This document shows, in pieces, positions 10,248 to 20,514 of a stretch of 64,000 nt of DNA. Origin of the DNA: Pseudomonadota bacterium (GTDB lineage Bacteria; UBA10199; 2-02-FULL-44-16; DYJF01); NCBI GenBank assembly GCA_043823065.1, contig JBDRBB010000023.1, forward strand, positions 1 through 64,000, in the 5' to 3' direction. Made by a program: the position numbers and the translations under genes. A model generated the notes under the pieces. It saw only the letters and a program-made list of their open reading frames with translations, searched no databases and had not been told where the DNA came from. Position 1 is the stretch's first letter; each line of letters opens with the position of its first letter.

Positions 10248-12260
10248 ATGGGGGATTTTTTCCGCAAATTGTGGCAAAATAAAAAGACCAGATTTTCTTT
10301 GCTGGCTTTGCTTCCTTGGCCCATTCTTTTGCTGTTTTTTTTTCTTCCTTCCTATTTATTGCCCAGCTCTCACTTGGAGCAAGGTTTTAGGCAAGATTTA
10401 GAAAAATTTTTTGGTTCTTCTCCTTTGCTAGGCAGTACTAAATTGAGTTTGCTGCCCCGGCCTGAATTCATCATTAAAGACGTAATGGTGCGCAAAAATG
10501 AGGTGAATGCTACAGGCCTAACCTTGGCCAAAGCAGATTTGGTTAAAATGACTTTTTCTTTTTGGAGTTATTTAAAAGGAGATTTAAAAGTTGATCTAGT
10601 TGTTGAAGGCTTGGTGGTGCATATTCGCCAACCTGTAAGCTGGTTTGATCTAGTGAACTTAGATCACGTAACAGATAGAAAAGATGATTCCTATAGACTT
10701 GGATCAATTAAAATCAATCAGGGTGAGCTGCATTTGGCAAGTCAGGATCATGGTCAAAAACCTTATATTATTGATAAAATTGATCTGCTAGCTGCTATTT
10801 CAGATCAAAATATAGAGAACATCAATTTGGAGGCCAAGGCAATCTTGCTTGCTGCCAACAATTTGCCAGTTGGCGCCAAAGGTTTGCTGAAATTAAATCA
10901 AAATTTAAATCAATTGGAAGCCGAACAATTAAAGCTAAATTTTGGCGAAACATTTTTGAATCTCGATGGCTGGATAAACTACAAAGATGCTGCTAATGGT
11001 TATAAGATTAATTTAGCTTCAGCAAAAGTTGATTTGTTAGAGATGTTAACGCTTTTGCCAACTGATGGTTTAGCTATTCCTAAAAATCTGCAAGTAAATG
11101 GTCCCATGGCTATGGACGTTAATTTGCATAAACAAGCGCAAGATGTGCAAGTTAAAATTCAGGCTGATGCTGGCGCCAGCCAAATCATTTGGTCTAATAT
11201 TTTTTCCAAACCCAAAGACGTATCATTTAAGATTATTTTACAAGCTAAGAATCAAAAAGATAGATTTATTATAGATGAGTTAACCTTATTTCTAGCTGAT
11301 GCCACGTTTGTCCTGAATGGTTTTATAACTAAAGGCGATCAGAAACAAGTTGAGTTAAAATTAGTGCCAAATGAATTTCAGATCTCCAGTGTTGCAGATT
11401 TTTTCCCCAGTTTGCCTTTTATCGGCAAGTTGCAAGCGGCAACTGCCGAGCTAAGCTTAACTTCACCTAAGCTTAAAGCAAGGTTGCAGGCTGAAAAAGC
11501 CCAGATTTTGGGGCAAGAAATGACCAATTTAGAAACTATTTTAGAATATGAAAATGGCCAATTAATTTTAAATCCTTTTCAGGGTGAATTATATGGGGGT
11601 GCCTTGTCTGGTAATATCACTGCTAGTTTGGTGGAAGAACAAACCTTTGAAAGTGAATTGGTGATAGATGATTTAGATGTTTCCAGGATATTGCCTTTTT
11701 TGCAAGGCACTGGTTCTTTGGTGGCTAAAGGAAAATCGCAAGGCCAAAATGTTACAGACCTTTGGCAAAATATGGAGGCAGGTGGCACTGTGGTTTTAGC
11801 CCAAGGCCAGCTGAAAAAAATATCTTCTCTGGAAATGGGATTAGGCAATGAAATAGATGATCTGCGCGCTTCTTTTAATTATACTCAAGGTCAATTAACT
11901 ATTTCTAATCTAAAGTGGAGATTTGCCAGTTATGAAGGAATAGCCAAATTGACGCAGACAGGTCCAGTCATAACTGGAGAAGCTACAGTATCAGGCGAGG
12001 GATTTGAAAATAAATTTCAAGTAGGGGGCTCTCTAAAAGAATTATTATTTTTAAAAACAGCGTCACAACCGCTAAAAGAACAAAATATTGGCTTAAAATC
12101 CTTGCCGGTAGAAGATATCAAACCAGCGCGCATAGAAGCTGCCAAGCCTGAACCAATTCCAGCGCCTAAACCAGAAAAATCTAATCAACGCACTAAAAAT
12201 GCTCCAGCTAAAAAAGAAATGCTGGAAGATGATTTGTTTAAGGTGATTATTGGGGATTAA
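10248..12260 (+). CDS. AsmA family protein
   Basis: N-terminal TM helix, beta-rich body, AsmA-like LYGGALSG segment. Confidence 0.75.
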   Translation: MGDFFRKLWQNKKTRFSLLALLPWPILLLFFFLPSYLLPSSHLEQGFRQDLEKFFGSSPLLGSTKLSLLPRPEFIIKDVMVRKNEVNATGLTLAKADLVKMTFSFWSYLKGDLKVDLVVEGLVVHIRQPVSWFDLVNLDHVTDRKDDSYRLGSIKINQGELHLASQDHGQKPYIIDKIDLLAAISDQNIENINLEAKAILLAANNLPVGAKGLLKLNQNLNQLEAEQLKLNFGETFLNLDGWINYKDAANGYKINLASAKVDLLEMLTLLPTDGLAIPKNLQVNGPMAMDVNLHKQAQDVQVKIQADAGASQIIWSNIFSKPKDVSFKIILQAKNQKDRFIIDELTLFLADATFVLNGFITKGDQKQVELKLVPNEFQISSVADFFPSLPFIGKLQAATAELSLTSPKLKARLQAEKAQILGQEMTNLETILEYENGQLILNPFQGELYGGALSGNITASLVEEQTFESELVIDDLDVSRILPFLQGTGSLVAKGKSQGQNVTDLWQNMEAGGTVVLAQGQLKKISSLEMGLGNEIDDLRASFNYTQGQLTISNLKWRFASYEGIAKLTQTGPVITGEATVSGEGFENKFQVGGSLKELLFLKTASQPLKEQNIGLKSLPVEDIKPARIEAAKPEPIPAPKPEKSNQRTKNAPAKKEMLEDDLFKVIIGD

Positions 12261-12301
12261 CTAAGACAAATTGGAAATTCTAATTTCGAATATCTAAACA
12301 A

Positions 12302-13219
12302 ATGCAAATGTTCAAATTTCAAATGTTCAAAACTTATGCGATAACCTTAATGATTGTTTTTGTTGCTTTGTCTGTGGCCAATGCTGAAGAAAAAAAGGGT
12401 GACGGCAAATTAGCGCTATATAGCTATCAAATTAATGAATATATTGAGGTGGTTTATCGCACTGATAAAGGTTATGATAAACAGGGTTTAGAAAAAATAT
12501 ATCAGGCAATGCGCTCTCCAGATGGCAAAGTGTTTCCTATATCGATTAAGTTAATTGAGCTTTTAGATAATATTGCTGACCATTTTAAAGTGGAAACCGT
12601 GGAGATTATTTCTGGATATCGCAGTCCAAATTATAATAAAAATCTAAGCCAAAATGGCCGTAAAGTGGCTAATGAGAGTTTGCACACCAAAGGGTTGGCT
12701 GCTGATATTCATTTAGATGAAATTACTGAAAAAGCAGTGCAGGAATATGCTCTTTCCTTAAATCAGGGTGGTGTGGGTTTTTATCCTAATTATGATTTTG
12801 TGCATATAGATGTGGGACCAGCTCGTGCTTGGGAAGAAAATGAAAGTTCAACCAGAAAATTGGTTGGTGCGGAGGCCAATATCAATGCTGCTTGGACCGC
12901 AATTACTGATAAAAATGTTTATTTTAAGGATGAGCCAATAAAAGTAACAATTGCCAACACAACCTATGAGAAGGCAAGGTTAATAAAAAATGTCTGGTAC
13001 GAATTTTTTAGAAAAGGTAAGTGGAACAAACATGAGAAGATTGAAGCAATAAAAGGTCGCGCAGCTCTTAAGCCTGGCCAAAGTACAAGCTTTACTTGGC
13101 AACCAAAAGATATGCCCTATGGCAAGTATCGTTTGGTGATATTTGCCAGCAAAGACTTTAATGTTCCACCAGTTGTGAGTAATGAGTTTTATGTCAAAAA
13201 AGAAACTATATCTAATTGA
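12302..13219 (+). CDS. DUF882/YcbK (peptidase M15-like) exported protein
   Basis: Signal peptide; SGYRSP, SLHTKGLAADI and FVHIDVG motifs. Confidence 0.85.
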   Translation: MQMFKFQMFKTYAITLMIVFVALSVANAEEKKGDGKLALYSYQINEYIEVVYRTDKGYDKQGLEKIYQAMRSPDGKVFPISIKLIELLDNIADHFKVETVEIISGYRSPNYNKNLSQNGRKVANESLHTKGLAADIHLDEITEKAVQEYALSLNQGGVGFYPNYDFVHIDVGPARAWEENESSTRKLVGAEANINAAWTAITDKNVYFKDEPIKVTIANTTYEKARLIKNVWYEFFRKGKWNKHEKIEAIKGRAALKPGQSTSFTWQPKDMPYGKYRLVIFASKDFNVPPVVSNEFYVKKETISN

Positions 13220-15890
13220 TGGTGCCAACTACATCTTCCGGGCTTATTATGCCATTGGTTCGCTTTCCACTTCCAAAGGTTTCCCCACCAATGCTTTATA
13301 TGGCTTTACTCAGATGATCTTGAAGTTGAAAAATGAACTCAAGCCAGATTATTTGGCAGTGATTTTTGATACAGCAGAGCCAACCTTTCGCGACGAGCTT
13401 TATGAAAAATATAAAGCTAATCGCAAAGAACCGCCAGATGATTTGGCCCAGCAATTTCCCCACTTTAATCCGATTTTAGAGGCCTTGAATATCCCCATTT
13501 TGGAAAAACCAGGATTTGAAGCAGATGATTTAATTGGCACGATTGCCAAAAAATTGGCAGGCAGCGATTTGGAAGTGGTTATTGTTTCTGGGGATAAAGA
13601 TCTGATGCAGTTGGTAAATGATAATGTTGTAATCTACGATAGCATGAAGGATTTGCAAATTGGAGAAAAACAGGTTGAACAGCGTTTTGGAGTTAAGCCA
13701 GCCCAAGTAATTGATGTTTTAGCTTTGGCTGGAGACAGTTCAGATAATATTCCTGGTGTGCCAGGTATTGGTCCTAAAACCGCTTCTAAATTAATTCAAG
13801 AATTTGGTTCGCTGGAAGATCTCTTAAAGAATTTGGCCAAGTTGTCACCAAACATTGCTCAAAAAATTGCAGAAAATAATGATTTGCTCAAGCTTTGCCA
13901 AAAATTGGTTACCATAGATACCCAAGTGCCTATAGAATTTGATTTGGCACAATTTCAACCAGGGCAACCAGATGAAAAAAAGCTGCGTGAGATTTTTACA
14001 GAATTTGAATTCACCAAACTTTTATCTGCCTTAACTCCTCAAACCATGATTAATCATGAGCAATATGGGCTAATCAACAGCGAGCAAGAATTGGAAAGTT
14101 GGGTCAATAAACTTAAGCAAGCCAATTATTTTTGTTTTGATTTGGAAACAACTTCTCTGGATGTCAGGCAGGCAGAAATTGTGGGAATAGCTTTGGCTGT
14201 TGGTAAAGGAGAGGCAGCATATATCCCGGTAGGGCATAAGGGCGGTCAAGTGGCTGGCGCGGATTTACTGGATCAAGTTGAGGGAAAAATTGGGCAATTG
14301 ACCTGGCCCCAAGTGCAAAAAAAGCTGCAGCCAATTTTGGAAGATCCAAAACTAAAAAAAACCGGCCAAAATCTTAAATATGATACGGCAATTTTAAATT
14401 ATCAGGGGATCAAAGTTAAAGGAATTTATTTTGATACCATGATTGCCTCTTATGTCTTAAATCCAGGCAGTAGGCATAATCTGGATGCCTTGTCAGAGAA
14501 ATATTTGGGACATACCAAAATTTCTTATGACGAATTGGTTAAGCAGGGAAATAAGAAGCTTAATTTTGCCCAAGTGGATATTGAAAAGGCCAGGGTCTAT
14601 GCTGGCGAAGATGCAGATGTTGCCTGGCAATTAACCGAGATTTTTCAAAAAGAGTTAAAACAACAAGGATTGGCTGATTTGTTTTTTAGTCTAGAAATAC
14701 CGCTGTTGCAAGTTTTGCTGGATATGGAGCTGGCAGGAATTAAGGTTGATCTGGATGGTTTACAAAAACTTTCAGCTGAGTTTCAGGTTAAATTATTAGA
14801 ATTGGAAAAAAAGATATTTGAGCTAGCTGGCCAAGAATTTAACATTAATTCGCCTAAACAACTTGGCCAAATATTATTTGAAAAATTGGAATTAGCTACA
14901 GGCAAAAAGACCAAGACCGGTTTTTCCACAGCAGTTGAGGTTTTGGAAGAATTAGCCCAAAATCATAAATTGCCAGCGCTAATCTTGGAATATCGTTCCT
15001 TGTCCAAATTAAAATCAACTTATGCTGATGCGCTGCTCAAAATGCCAGATCCTGAAACTGGGCGCATTCATACTTCTTTTAATCAAACTGTTGCAGCCAC
15101 TGGGCGGCTATCTTCTTCAGATCCGAATTTGCAAAACATTCCCATCCGCACGCCAGAAGGACGCAAAATCAGGCAGGCTTTTATTGCAGATGAAGGCAAG
15201 CTTTTGTTGTCAGCAGATTATTCGCAAATTGAATTGCGGGTTCTGGCGCATTTGGCCCAAGATGAAGCTTTGCTGGCCGCCTTTAATAAGGGCGAGGATG
15301 TGCACAGTTTTACCGCAGCCGGGATTTTTGGAATAAGCCAGGATCAGGTTTCAAAAGAACAACGGGCTGTGGGTAAAACCGTAAATTTTGCTACATTATA
15401 TGGCCAAGGTGCTTTTGGTTTGTCCAAGCAGCTAGATATTGAGGTTGGAGAAGCGCAAGCTTATATAGATGCCTATTTTTGCCGCTATCCAGCAGTTGAA
15501 AAATATAGGACTGTGATCCTTGAACAAGCCAGGCAAGATGGTTTTGTAACCACGCTTTATGGCCGAAGGCGTTATGTGCCAGACATTAATAGTTTAAATG
15601 CTGCTATCAAGCAGGCTGCAGAAAGGGCGGCGTTTAATACCGTTTTTCAGGGCACAGCAGCAGATATTATTAAAAAAGCCATGCTAGAGATTCATAAACA
15701 TTTACCTGAAAAATTTCCTGATGCAAAAATGCTTTTGCAAGTGCATGATGAATTGTTGTTTGAGGTTAGGGAAAAACAGGCTAGTGGTTTAGCTGATTTT
15801 GTGAAAGTAATAATGGAGAACATTGCCCAGCTTAAAGTGCCTTTAATTGTAGATGTGGGCATGGGCAAGAATTGGCTGGAAGCACATTAA
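13182..15890 (+). CDS. polA: DNA polymerase I
   Basis: 5'-3' exonuclease (LIDG..RAYY), 3'-5' exonuclease (FDLETT), polymerase motifs DYSQIELR and QVHDE. Start may be 13191. Confidence 0.98.
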   Translation: MSFMSKKKLYLIDGANYIFRAYYAIGSLSTSKGFPTNALYGFTQMILKLKNELKPDYLAVIFDTAEPTFRDELYEKYKANRKEPPDDLAQQFPHFNPILEALNIPILEKPGFEADDLIGTIAKKLAGSDLEVVIVSGDKDLMQLVNDNVVIYDSMKDLQIGEKQVEQRFGVKPAQVIDVLALAGDSSDNIPGVPGIGPKTASKLIQEFGSLEDLLKNLAKLSPNIAQKIAENNDLLKLCQKLVTIDTQVPIEFDLAQFQPGQPDEKKLREIFTEFEFTKLLSALTPQTMINHEQYGLINSEQELESWVNKLKQANYFCFDLETTSLDVRQAEIVGIALAVGKGEAAYIPVGHKGGQVAGADLLDQVEGKIGQLTWPQVQKKLQPILEDPKLKKTGQNLKYDTAILNYQGIKVKGIYFDTMIASYVLNPGSRHNLDALSEKYLGHTKISYDELVKQGNKKLNFAQVDIEKARVYAGEDADVAWQLTEIFQKELKQQGLADLFFSLEIPLLQVLLDMELAGIKVDLDGLQKLSAEFQVKLLELEKKIFELAGQEFNINSPKQLGQILFEKLELATGKKTKTGFSTAVEVLEELAQNHKLPALILEYRSLSKLKSTYADALLKMPDPETGRIHTSFNQTVAATGRLSSSDPNLQNIPIRTPEGRKIRQAFIADEGKLLLSADYSQIELRVLAHLAQDEALLAAFNKGEDVHSFTAAGIFGISQDQVSKEQRAVGKTVNFATLYGQGAFGLSKQLDIEVGEAQAYIDAYFCRYPAVEKYRTVILEQARQDGFVTTLYGRRRYVPDINSLNAAIKQAAERAAFNTVFQGTAADIIKKAMLEIHKHLPEKFPDAKMLLQVHDELLFEVREKQASGLADFVKVIMENIAQLKVPLIVDVGMGKNWLEAH

Positions 15891-15903
15891 CTTGGAGTTT
15901 GTT

Positions 15904-16920
15904 ATGACAAAAAAAGTTGGTGTAATAGGAGCTGGTAGTTGGGGTACAGCAATTTCCAAAATGCTGGCTGAAAAAGGTTATGAGGTTTGTTTGTGGTGCC
16001 ATGAGCGAGAGGTGGCTGATGGCATTAACCAGAATCATCAAAACCCTGTTTATTTGCAGGACATTGTTTTGCCCAAAGCAGTTGAAGCGACTAATAGTTT
16101 GGCTTTGGCTGTAGAAGATAAAGAGGTTGTGGTTTCAGTGGTTCCTTCCCATCATGTGCGCACTATTTGGCAAGAAGCTGCCGAATATTTAAAACCAGAG
16201 GCCATATTGGTTAGTGCCACCAAAGGAATAGAACTGAAAAGCCACAAATTAATGAGCCAGGTCTTAAAAGAAGTTTTGCCGCATCACCTGCCTGCTAACA
16301 GGGTGTATATTTCTGGGCCGAGTTTTGCGCCTGAAGTTGTCAGAAATTTGCCAGCCTCTGTGGTTATTGCAGGTGAAGACGTACGAGTAAGAGAAAAAAT
16401 AAGAGAGTTTTTTCGCACAGATACTTTTCTTCCCTTTAGCAATGAAGATGTTACAGGTGTGGAAGTTGGCGGCGCCATTAAAAATGTTATAGCCATTGCC
16501 ACAGGCATGAGCGATGGTTTGGGATTTGGGCACAATGCCCGGGCGGCAATCATCACGCGCGGTCTTTATGAAATGGTAAAAATTGGCAAGGCTTTGGGCG
16601 CCAATCCTTTAACTTTTATGGGGCTGGCTGGCATTGGAGATCTGGTGTTAACGTGCACTGCAGATCTTTCCAGAAATCATACTGTGGGTAAGTTGTTGGG
16701 TGAAGGTAAAAAGTTGGAAGAAATTCTAGCAGGCATGACCATGGTAGCAGAGGGTATTCCTACTGCAGAAGCTATTTATCACCTGGCAGCTAATCACAAG
16801 ATTAACGCGCCTATTTGCAATGTGGTTTATTTAATGCTATATGAAGATCTAACTCCCAGGGAAGCTGCCACCTGGTTGTGCTCCAGGCCGCTTGAAGAAG
16901 AACTTAGATCGATACTATAG
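15904..16920 (+). CDS. gpsA: NAD(P)H-dependent glycerol-3-phosphate dehydrogenase
   Basis: GAGSWGTA, GGAIKNVIAI and GDLVLTC motifs; GGAG RBS before ATG 15904. Confidence 0.95.
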   Translation: MTKKVGVIGAGSWGTAISKMLAEKGYEVCLWCHEREVADGINQNHQNPVYLQDIVLPKAVEATNSLALAVEDKEVVVSVVPSHHVRTIWQEAAEYLKPEAILVSATKGIELKSHKLMSQVLKEVLPHHLPANRVYISGPSFAPEVVRNLPASVVIAGEDVRVREKIREFFRTDTFLPFSNEDVTGVEVGGAIKNVIAIATGMSDGLGFGHNARAAIITRGLYEMVKIGKALGANPLTFMGLAGIGDLVLTCTADLSRNHTVGKLLGEGKKLEEILAGMTMVAEGIPTAEAIYHLAANHKINAPICNVVYLMLYEDLTPREAATWLCSRPLEEELRSIL

Positions 16921-16939
16921 ATAAATTGTTTATGGTGAG

Positions 16940-17004
16940 TCCTTCGACTCGCACCGATCATCCTGAGCTTGTCGAAGGATGGACAGCTTGCTCAGGATGA
17001 ACGG
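16940..17004. repeat. Palindromic repeat CCTTCGAC...CCTGAGCTTGTCGAAGG
   Basis: Closely related copy at 29527-29590. Confidence 0.7.
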
Positions 17005-17019
17005 ATTGATAATAGAAAT

Positions 17020-18018
17020 ATGGAGCATTTGTTAGAACAATTATTTGTTAGTTTATCTTTGCCCATATTGTTTCTGATTATCGCTGTGTTAATTGTTACT
17101 TTAGGCAAAGGAGCTGATATTTTGGTTGATGAAGCAGTCAGCTTATCAGTGCGCTGGGGTGTGCCTAAAATCTTGATCGGCGCTACAATTGTCAGTTTAG
17201 GTACAACTCTACCCGAGGTTTCAGTTTCAGTCTTAGCGGCAATTAACGGCAGCCCAGGCCTGGCCTTGGGTAATGCAGTTGGTTCAATTATTTGTGATAC
17301 TGGATTGATTTTGGGCATTGCTGCCATTATTGCGCCCTTGCCCATGAATGCCCGTATTGTTAATCGCCAGGGCTGGGTTCAATTAGGTTCAGGTGTCTTG
17401 CTGATTGTTTCCTGTTTATCAGGCAAATTGCCCCAGTTTATGGGTTTTGTTTTTTTAGGACTTTTGGTGGTCTATATTTGGGCTTCGCTATATTGGGTGA
17501 AAAAAGAGGGGCAGAATGATTCCACATTTGACACAGTTTTAAAGGTTGACCAGGCCAACAGTGGTTTTATTTTACTTAAGCTGATTTTGGGAATCATATT
17601 GGTGATTGCTTCATCCAAAGTGCTGATTCCAGCAGTTCAGGAAGTTGCCCTGCGTTTGTATGTGCCGGAAAGTATCATTGCCGCTACTTTGGTTGCTTTT
17701 GGCACTTCCTTGCCCGAGCTGGTTACAGCTATTATGTCAGCTAGGAAAGGCCACGGAGATCTGGCGGTGGGTAATATCGTTGGCGCTGATATCTTAAATG
17801 TCTTGTTTGTTTCTGGCGCAGCTGCAGCAGTTACTCCAAAAGGATTAAATGTTGATCCCAATTTCTTTTATTTTTTATTTCCAGCCATGCTTTTAATTTT
17901 GGTTGTTTTTAGGATAGGTATTTTTATTTCCAAAGACACACTAAAGCGCTCCTTTGGCTTGCTTCTTTTGGGAATTTATATTATGTTAACCATATTAAGC
18001 TATGTATACAAAACTTAA
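17020..18018 (+). CDS. Calcium/sodium antiporter (YrbG family)
   Basis: Two alpha repeats GTTLPE and GTSLPE, with GNAVGS and GNIVGA; multiple TM helices. Confidence 0.9.
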   Translation: MEHLLEQLFVSLSLPILFLIIAVLIVTLGKGADILVDEAVSLSVRWGVPKILIGATIVSLGTTLPEVSVSVLAAINGSPGLALGNAVGSIICDTGLILGIAAIIAPLPMNARIVNRQGWVQLGSGVLLIVSCLSGKLPQFMGFVFLGLLVVYIWASLYWVKKEGQNDSTFDTVLKVDQANSGFILLKLILGIILVIASSKVLIPAVQEVALRLYVPESIIAATLVAFGTSLPELVTAIMSARKGHGDLAVGNIVGADILNVLFVSGAAAAVTPKGLNVDPNFFYFLFPAMLLILVVFRIGIFISKDTLKRSFGLLLLGIYIMLTILSYVYKT

Positions 18019-18082
18019 AAATTTTTATTGCTGGTTTACAAAAAATAAAGTAGATTTTGATCCACAACAAAGGAGAGAAAGC

Positions 18083-18322
18083 ATGATAAGAATTAGAAGA
18101 AACAACAAAACAGCAGATACAACAAATGTAGATGCAACCGCAGCTAAAAGAAAAGGACCAAAAGTTGCCTACACCACTGAAGAAATTGCAGACATGGTTA
18201 GAACTCGTGCCTATTATCTCTATTGCGAAAGACAAAACACAAATTGTGCTTGTGCCACTGACCATACTCACGATTGGCTGACTGCCGAAACTTTGGTCAG
18301 AAACGAACTAGGCTTGAAATAA
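18083..18322 (+). CDS. DUF2934 domain protein
   Basis: VRTRAYYLYCER...DWLTAE signature; AAGGAG RBS before ATG 18083. Confidence 0.75.
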   Translation: MIRIRRNNKTADTTNVDATAAKRKGPKVAYTTEEIADMVRTRAYYLYCERQNTNCACATDHTHDWLTAETLVRNELGLK

Positions 18323-18329
18323 TATTAGG

Positions 18330-18402
18330 TTGTCATCCTCCAACTCGATTGGAGGATCCAATGAGCACATTTGGATTGCCCAATCAAGTTGGGCAATGAC
18401 AA
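18330..18402. repeat. REP-like paired palindrome (TGTCAT...ATGACA ends)
   Basis: Two hairpins (TCCTCCAA/TTGGAGGA and TTGCCCAA/TTGGGCAA) with inverted outer ends. Confidence 0.65.
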
Positions 18403-18409
18403 TTTTTTT

Positions 18410-18433
18410 GGCCCCATGCTATGGGGCCTTTTT
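18410..18433 (+). terminator. Intrinsic terminator
   Basis: GGCCCCAT-GCT-ATGGGGCC followed by a T-run. Confidence 0.75.
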
Positions 18434-18511
18434 GTTTTTAAACCCACCCTATTTGCCTTGGCATCTATTTGCCAATCTTATATATTTTAAATGTTTTTTT
18501 TGGGGGAAACC

Positions 18512-18880
18512 ATGTCTAAGAAAAAAATCCTGATTATTGACGATGAACAAAACTTTGTTGAGGTTTTAAAAGAGCGTCTGGAATTTGAAGGTTTTGATGT
18601 GACCGCTGTTTCCGATGGTAAAACCGGGTTGGGCCTAATGAAAAAAAATGCTTATGCAGCAGTGCTTTTAGATATCATGATGCCTCAGTTCGATGGTTTT
18701 CAGGTCAAACAATACATAGATGAACAAAAGGGCAATTTAGCGCATTCTCCAATCATTTTTGTTACAGCTTATGGCCGGTCTCTTTCTAGAGAACAGCAAC
18801 AAATAGTCGGCAAAACTCCTTTTATCCGCAAGCCTTTTGAAGTCAAAGACCTGATAAGAATAATAAACCAGCAGATTTAA
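18512..18880 (+). CDS. Single-domain response regulator
   Basis: ILIIDDE, LLDIMMP, VTA and KPF receiver motifs. Confidence 0.92.
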   Translation: MSKKKILIIDDEQNFVEVLKERLEFEGFDVTAVSDGKTGLGLMKKNAYAAVLLDIMMPQFDGFQVKQYIDEQKGNLAHSPIIFVTAYGRSLSREQQQIVGKTPFIRKPFEVKDLIRIINQQI

Positions 18881-18898
18881 ATTTATAGGATTAAAATT

Positions 18899-20044
18899 AT
18901 GCAGGACCGGTTAAATGCCTTAGATGAACGCAACAAGCTGATGCTGAGCATCTTGGAGGATGTGGAAAATGCTCGTGTTCAGTTGGAAGCTGAGCGTAAC
19001 AAACTGAAGATTGCTATTGCAGGTCTGGCAGAAGGCATAATTCTTTTGGATAATGAGGGTGAAATAATTCTTTCCAATAAGGTGTCCAGACAGATGTTGG
19101 GTTTTAGGCAAAAAAACTCATTTAGTTTATGCAGGCTGAAAAAAATATCCTGGTTTCCAATGGAAGATATTTTAGAAACTTGTTTTAAGCAAACAAAGAT
19201 TTATGCCCAGGATTTTGTGATTTCTCAAAAGCCTTTGCGTATTCTGCAAATTGAAGCCAGGCCAATTCCGGAAGCCAAAAAACCGGAAAATATCTTGATA
19301 ACTATTATAGATTTTACCAAACAACGTGAATTAGATATGGCCAAAGATGATTTGATATCGACGGTGTCCCATGAATTAAGAACCCCGTTGACTCTGATCA
19401 AGATGGTTTTGAGCAATGCCCTGGCTGGTGTTATGGGCAGCATGAATGAACAATTGCGCAAGGGAATTCAGCAGGCCAATGTGGGTGTGGAAAGGCTCAC
19501 AGTGCTTATTAATGAATTGTTGGAGTTTTCTAGATTAGAAAAAGGAATCATTAACCTTCATGTCAATGAAACATCAATTGAAATGGTCATAAATGCTACA
19601 AGAGAGGTATATGATCAAAGCATGAAGATTCAAGATAGAAATTTTAATATTTCAGTAAATGTGGGTAATCCGCTAATTTATTGTGATGAGTATAAGATTA
19701 GTCAGGTGATAGCAAATCTATTGGATAATGCCCTTAAGTTTACTTCCAAGGGCGATCAAATTGATTTGACGGTTACAGATTCATTAAAGGAAATAAAATT
19801 TTGTATTAGCGATAATGGAATAGGTATTGATCCGGAGCAGCACAAATTGATCTTTGAGCGTTTTCAGCAAGTTGGTAGAGAATATGGCCCTGGTATAAAA
19901 GGTTTGGGCCTTGGGCTAGCTATTTGCAAAGAAATTATTGAGGCACATCAAGGAAAAATTTGGGTGGAAAGCGAGTTAGGTAAAGGCAGCAAGTTTATTT
20001 TTACTTTGCCTCGGCAAGCAATCTTGAAAGCAGGTGCTAAATGA
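18899..20044 (+). CDS. Cytoplasmic PAS sensor histidine kinase
   Basis: SHELRTPL H-box, [15 protein letters not shown] and GLGLGL; no TM helix. Confidence 0.92.
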   Translation: MQDRLNALDERNKLMLSILEDVENARVQLEAERNKLKIAIAGLAEGIILLDNEGEIILSNKVSRQMLGFRQKNSFSLCRLKKISWFPMEDILETCFKQTKIYAQDFVISQKPLRILQIEARPIPEAKKPENILITIIDFTKQRELDMAKDDLISTVSHELRTPLTLIKMVLSNALAGVMGSMNEQLRKGIQQANVGVERLTVLINELLEFSRLEKGIINLHVNETSIEMVINATREVYDQSMKIQDRNFNISVNVGNPLIYCDEYKISQVIANLLDNALKFTSKGDQIDLTVTDSLKEIKFCISDNGIGIDPEQHKLIFERFQQVGREYGPGIKGLGLGLAICKEIIEAHQGKIWVESELGKGSKFIFTLPRQAILKAGAK

Positions 20045-20514
20045 AAAAATCAAGGATAAATATTTTGCTGGTTGGCGGCGGCAAAGGCTGCCAGGCCTTG
20101 CTTAATATGTTCCACAAAAATTCAAAGATAAATGTGGCATGTGTTATAGATCTGAATTTAAATGCGCCAGGTGTTGGGCTGGCTAAAGAGCTGGGTGTTC
20201 TTGTGGAAAAAGACTATAAATTTTTTTTAAGCAATAATAGATTGGCTTCAAAAATAGATGAAATCATTAACGTGACCGGGTCCAATCAAGTGCAGGAAGA
20301 TTTATTGCAACTTAAACCCGAGGGAGTAGAAGTAATGGGAGGCAATAGCGCCAAGCTAATGTGGGGTTTGGTGGAAGATTTAAATAGTAAAATTAAAGAA
20401 ATACACAAAATCAATGAATTCATGACCGGTCGGGAAATGAGAATAATTGAATTAAAAAAAGAGGTAAATGAATTACGAGAGGAGTTAAGACAGTCTCCAA
20501 AATATGGTACCTGA
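20041..20514 (+). CDS. Rossmann-like domain protein with C-terminal coiled coil
   Basis: ILLVGGGKG glycine-rich loop; C-terminal [16 protein letters not shown] motif. Confidence 0.75.
   Translation: MKKSRINILLVGGGKGCQALLNMFHKNSKINVACVIDLNLNAPGVGLAKELGVLVEKDYKFFLSNNRLASKIDEIINVTGSNQVQEDLLQLKPEGVEVMGGNSAKLMWGLVEDLNSKIKEIHKINEFMTGREMRIIELKKEVNELREELRQSPKYGT

Noticed and set aside
18458..18473. Possible sigma54 promoter TTGGCATCTATTTGC
   Set aside because: GG-to-GC spacing is 9 nt, not the required 10.
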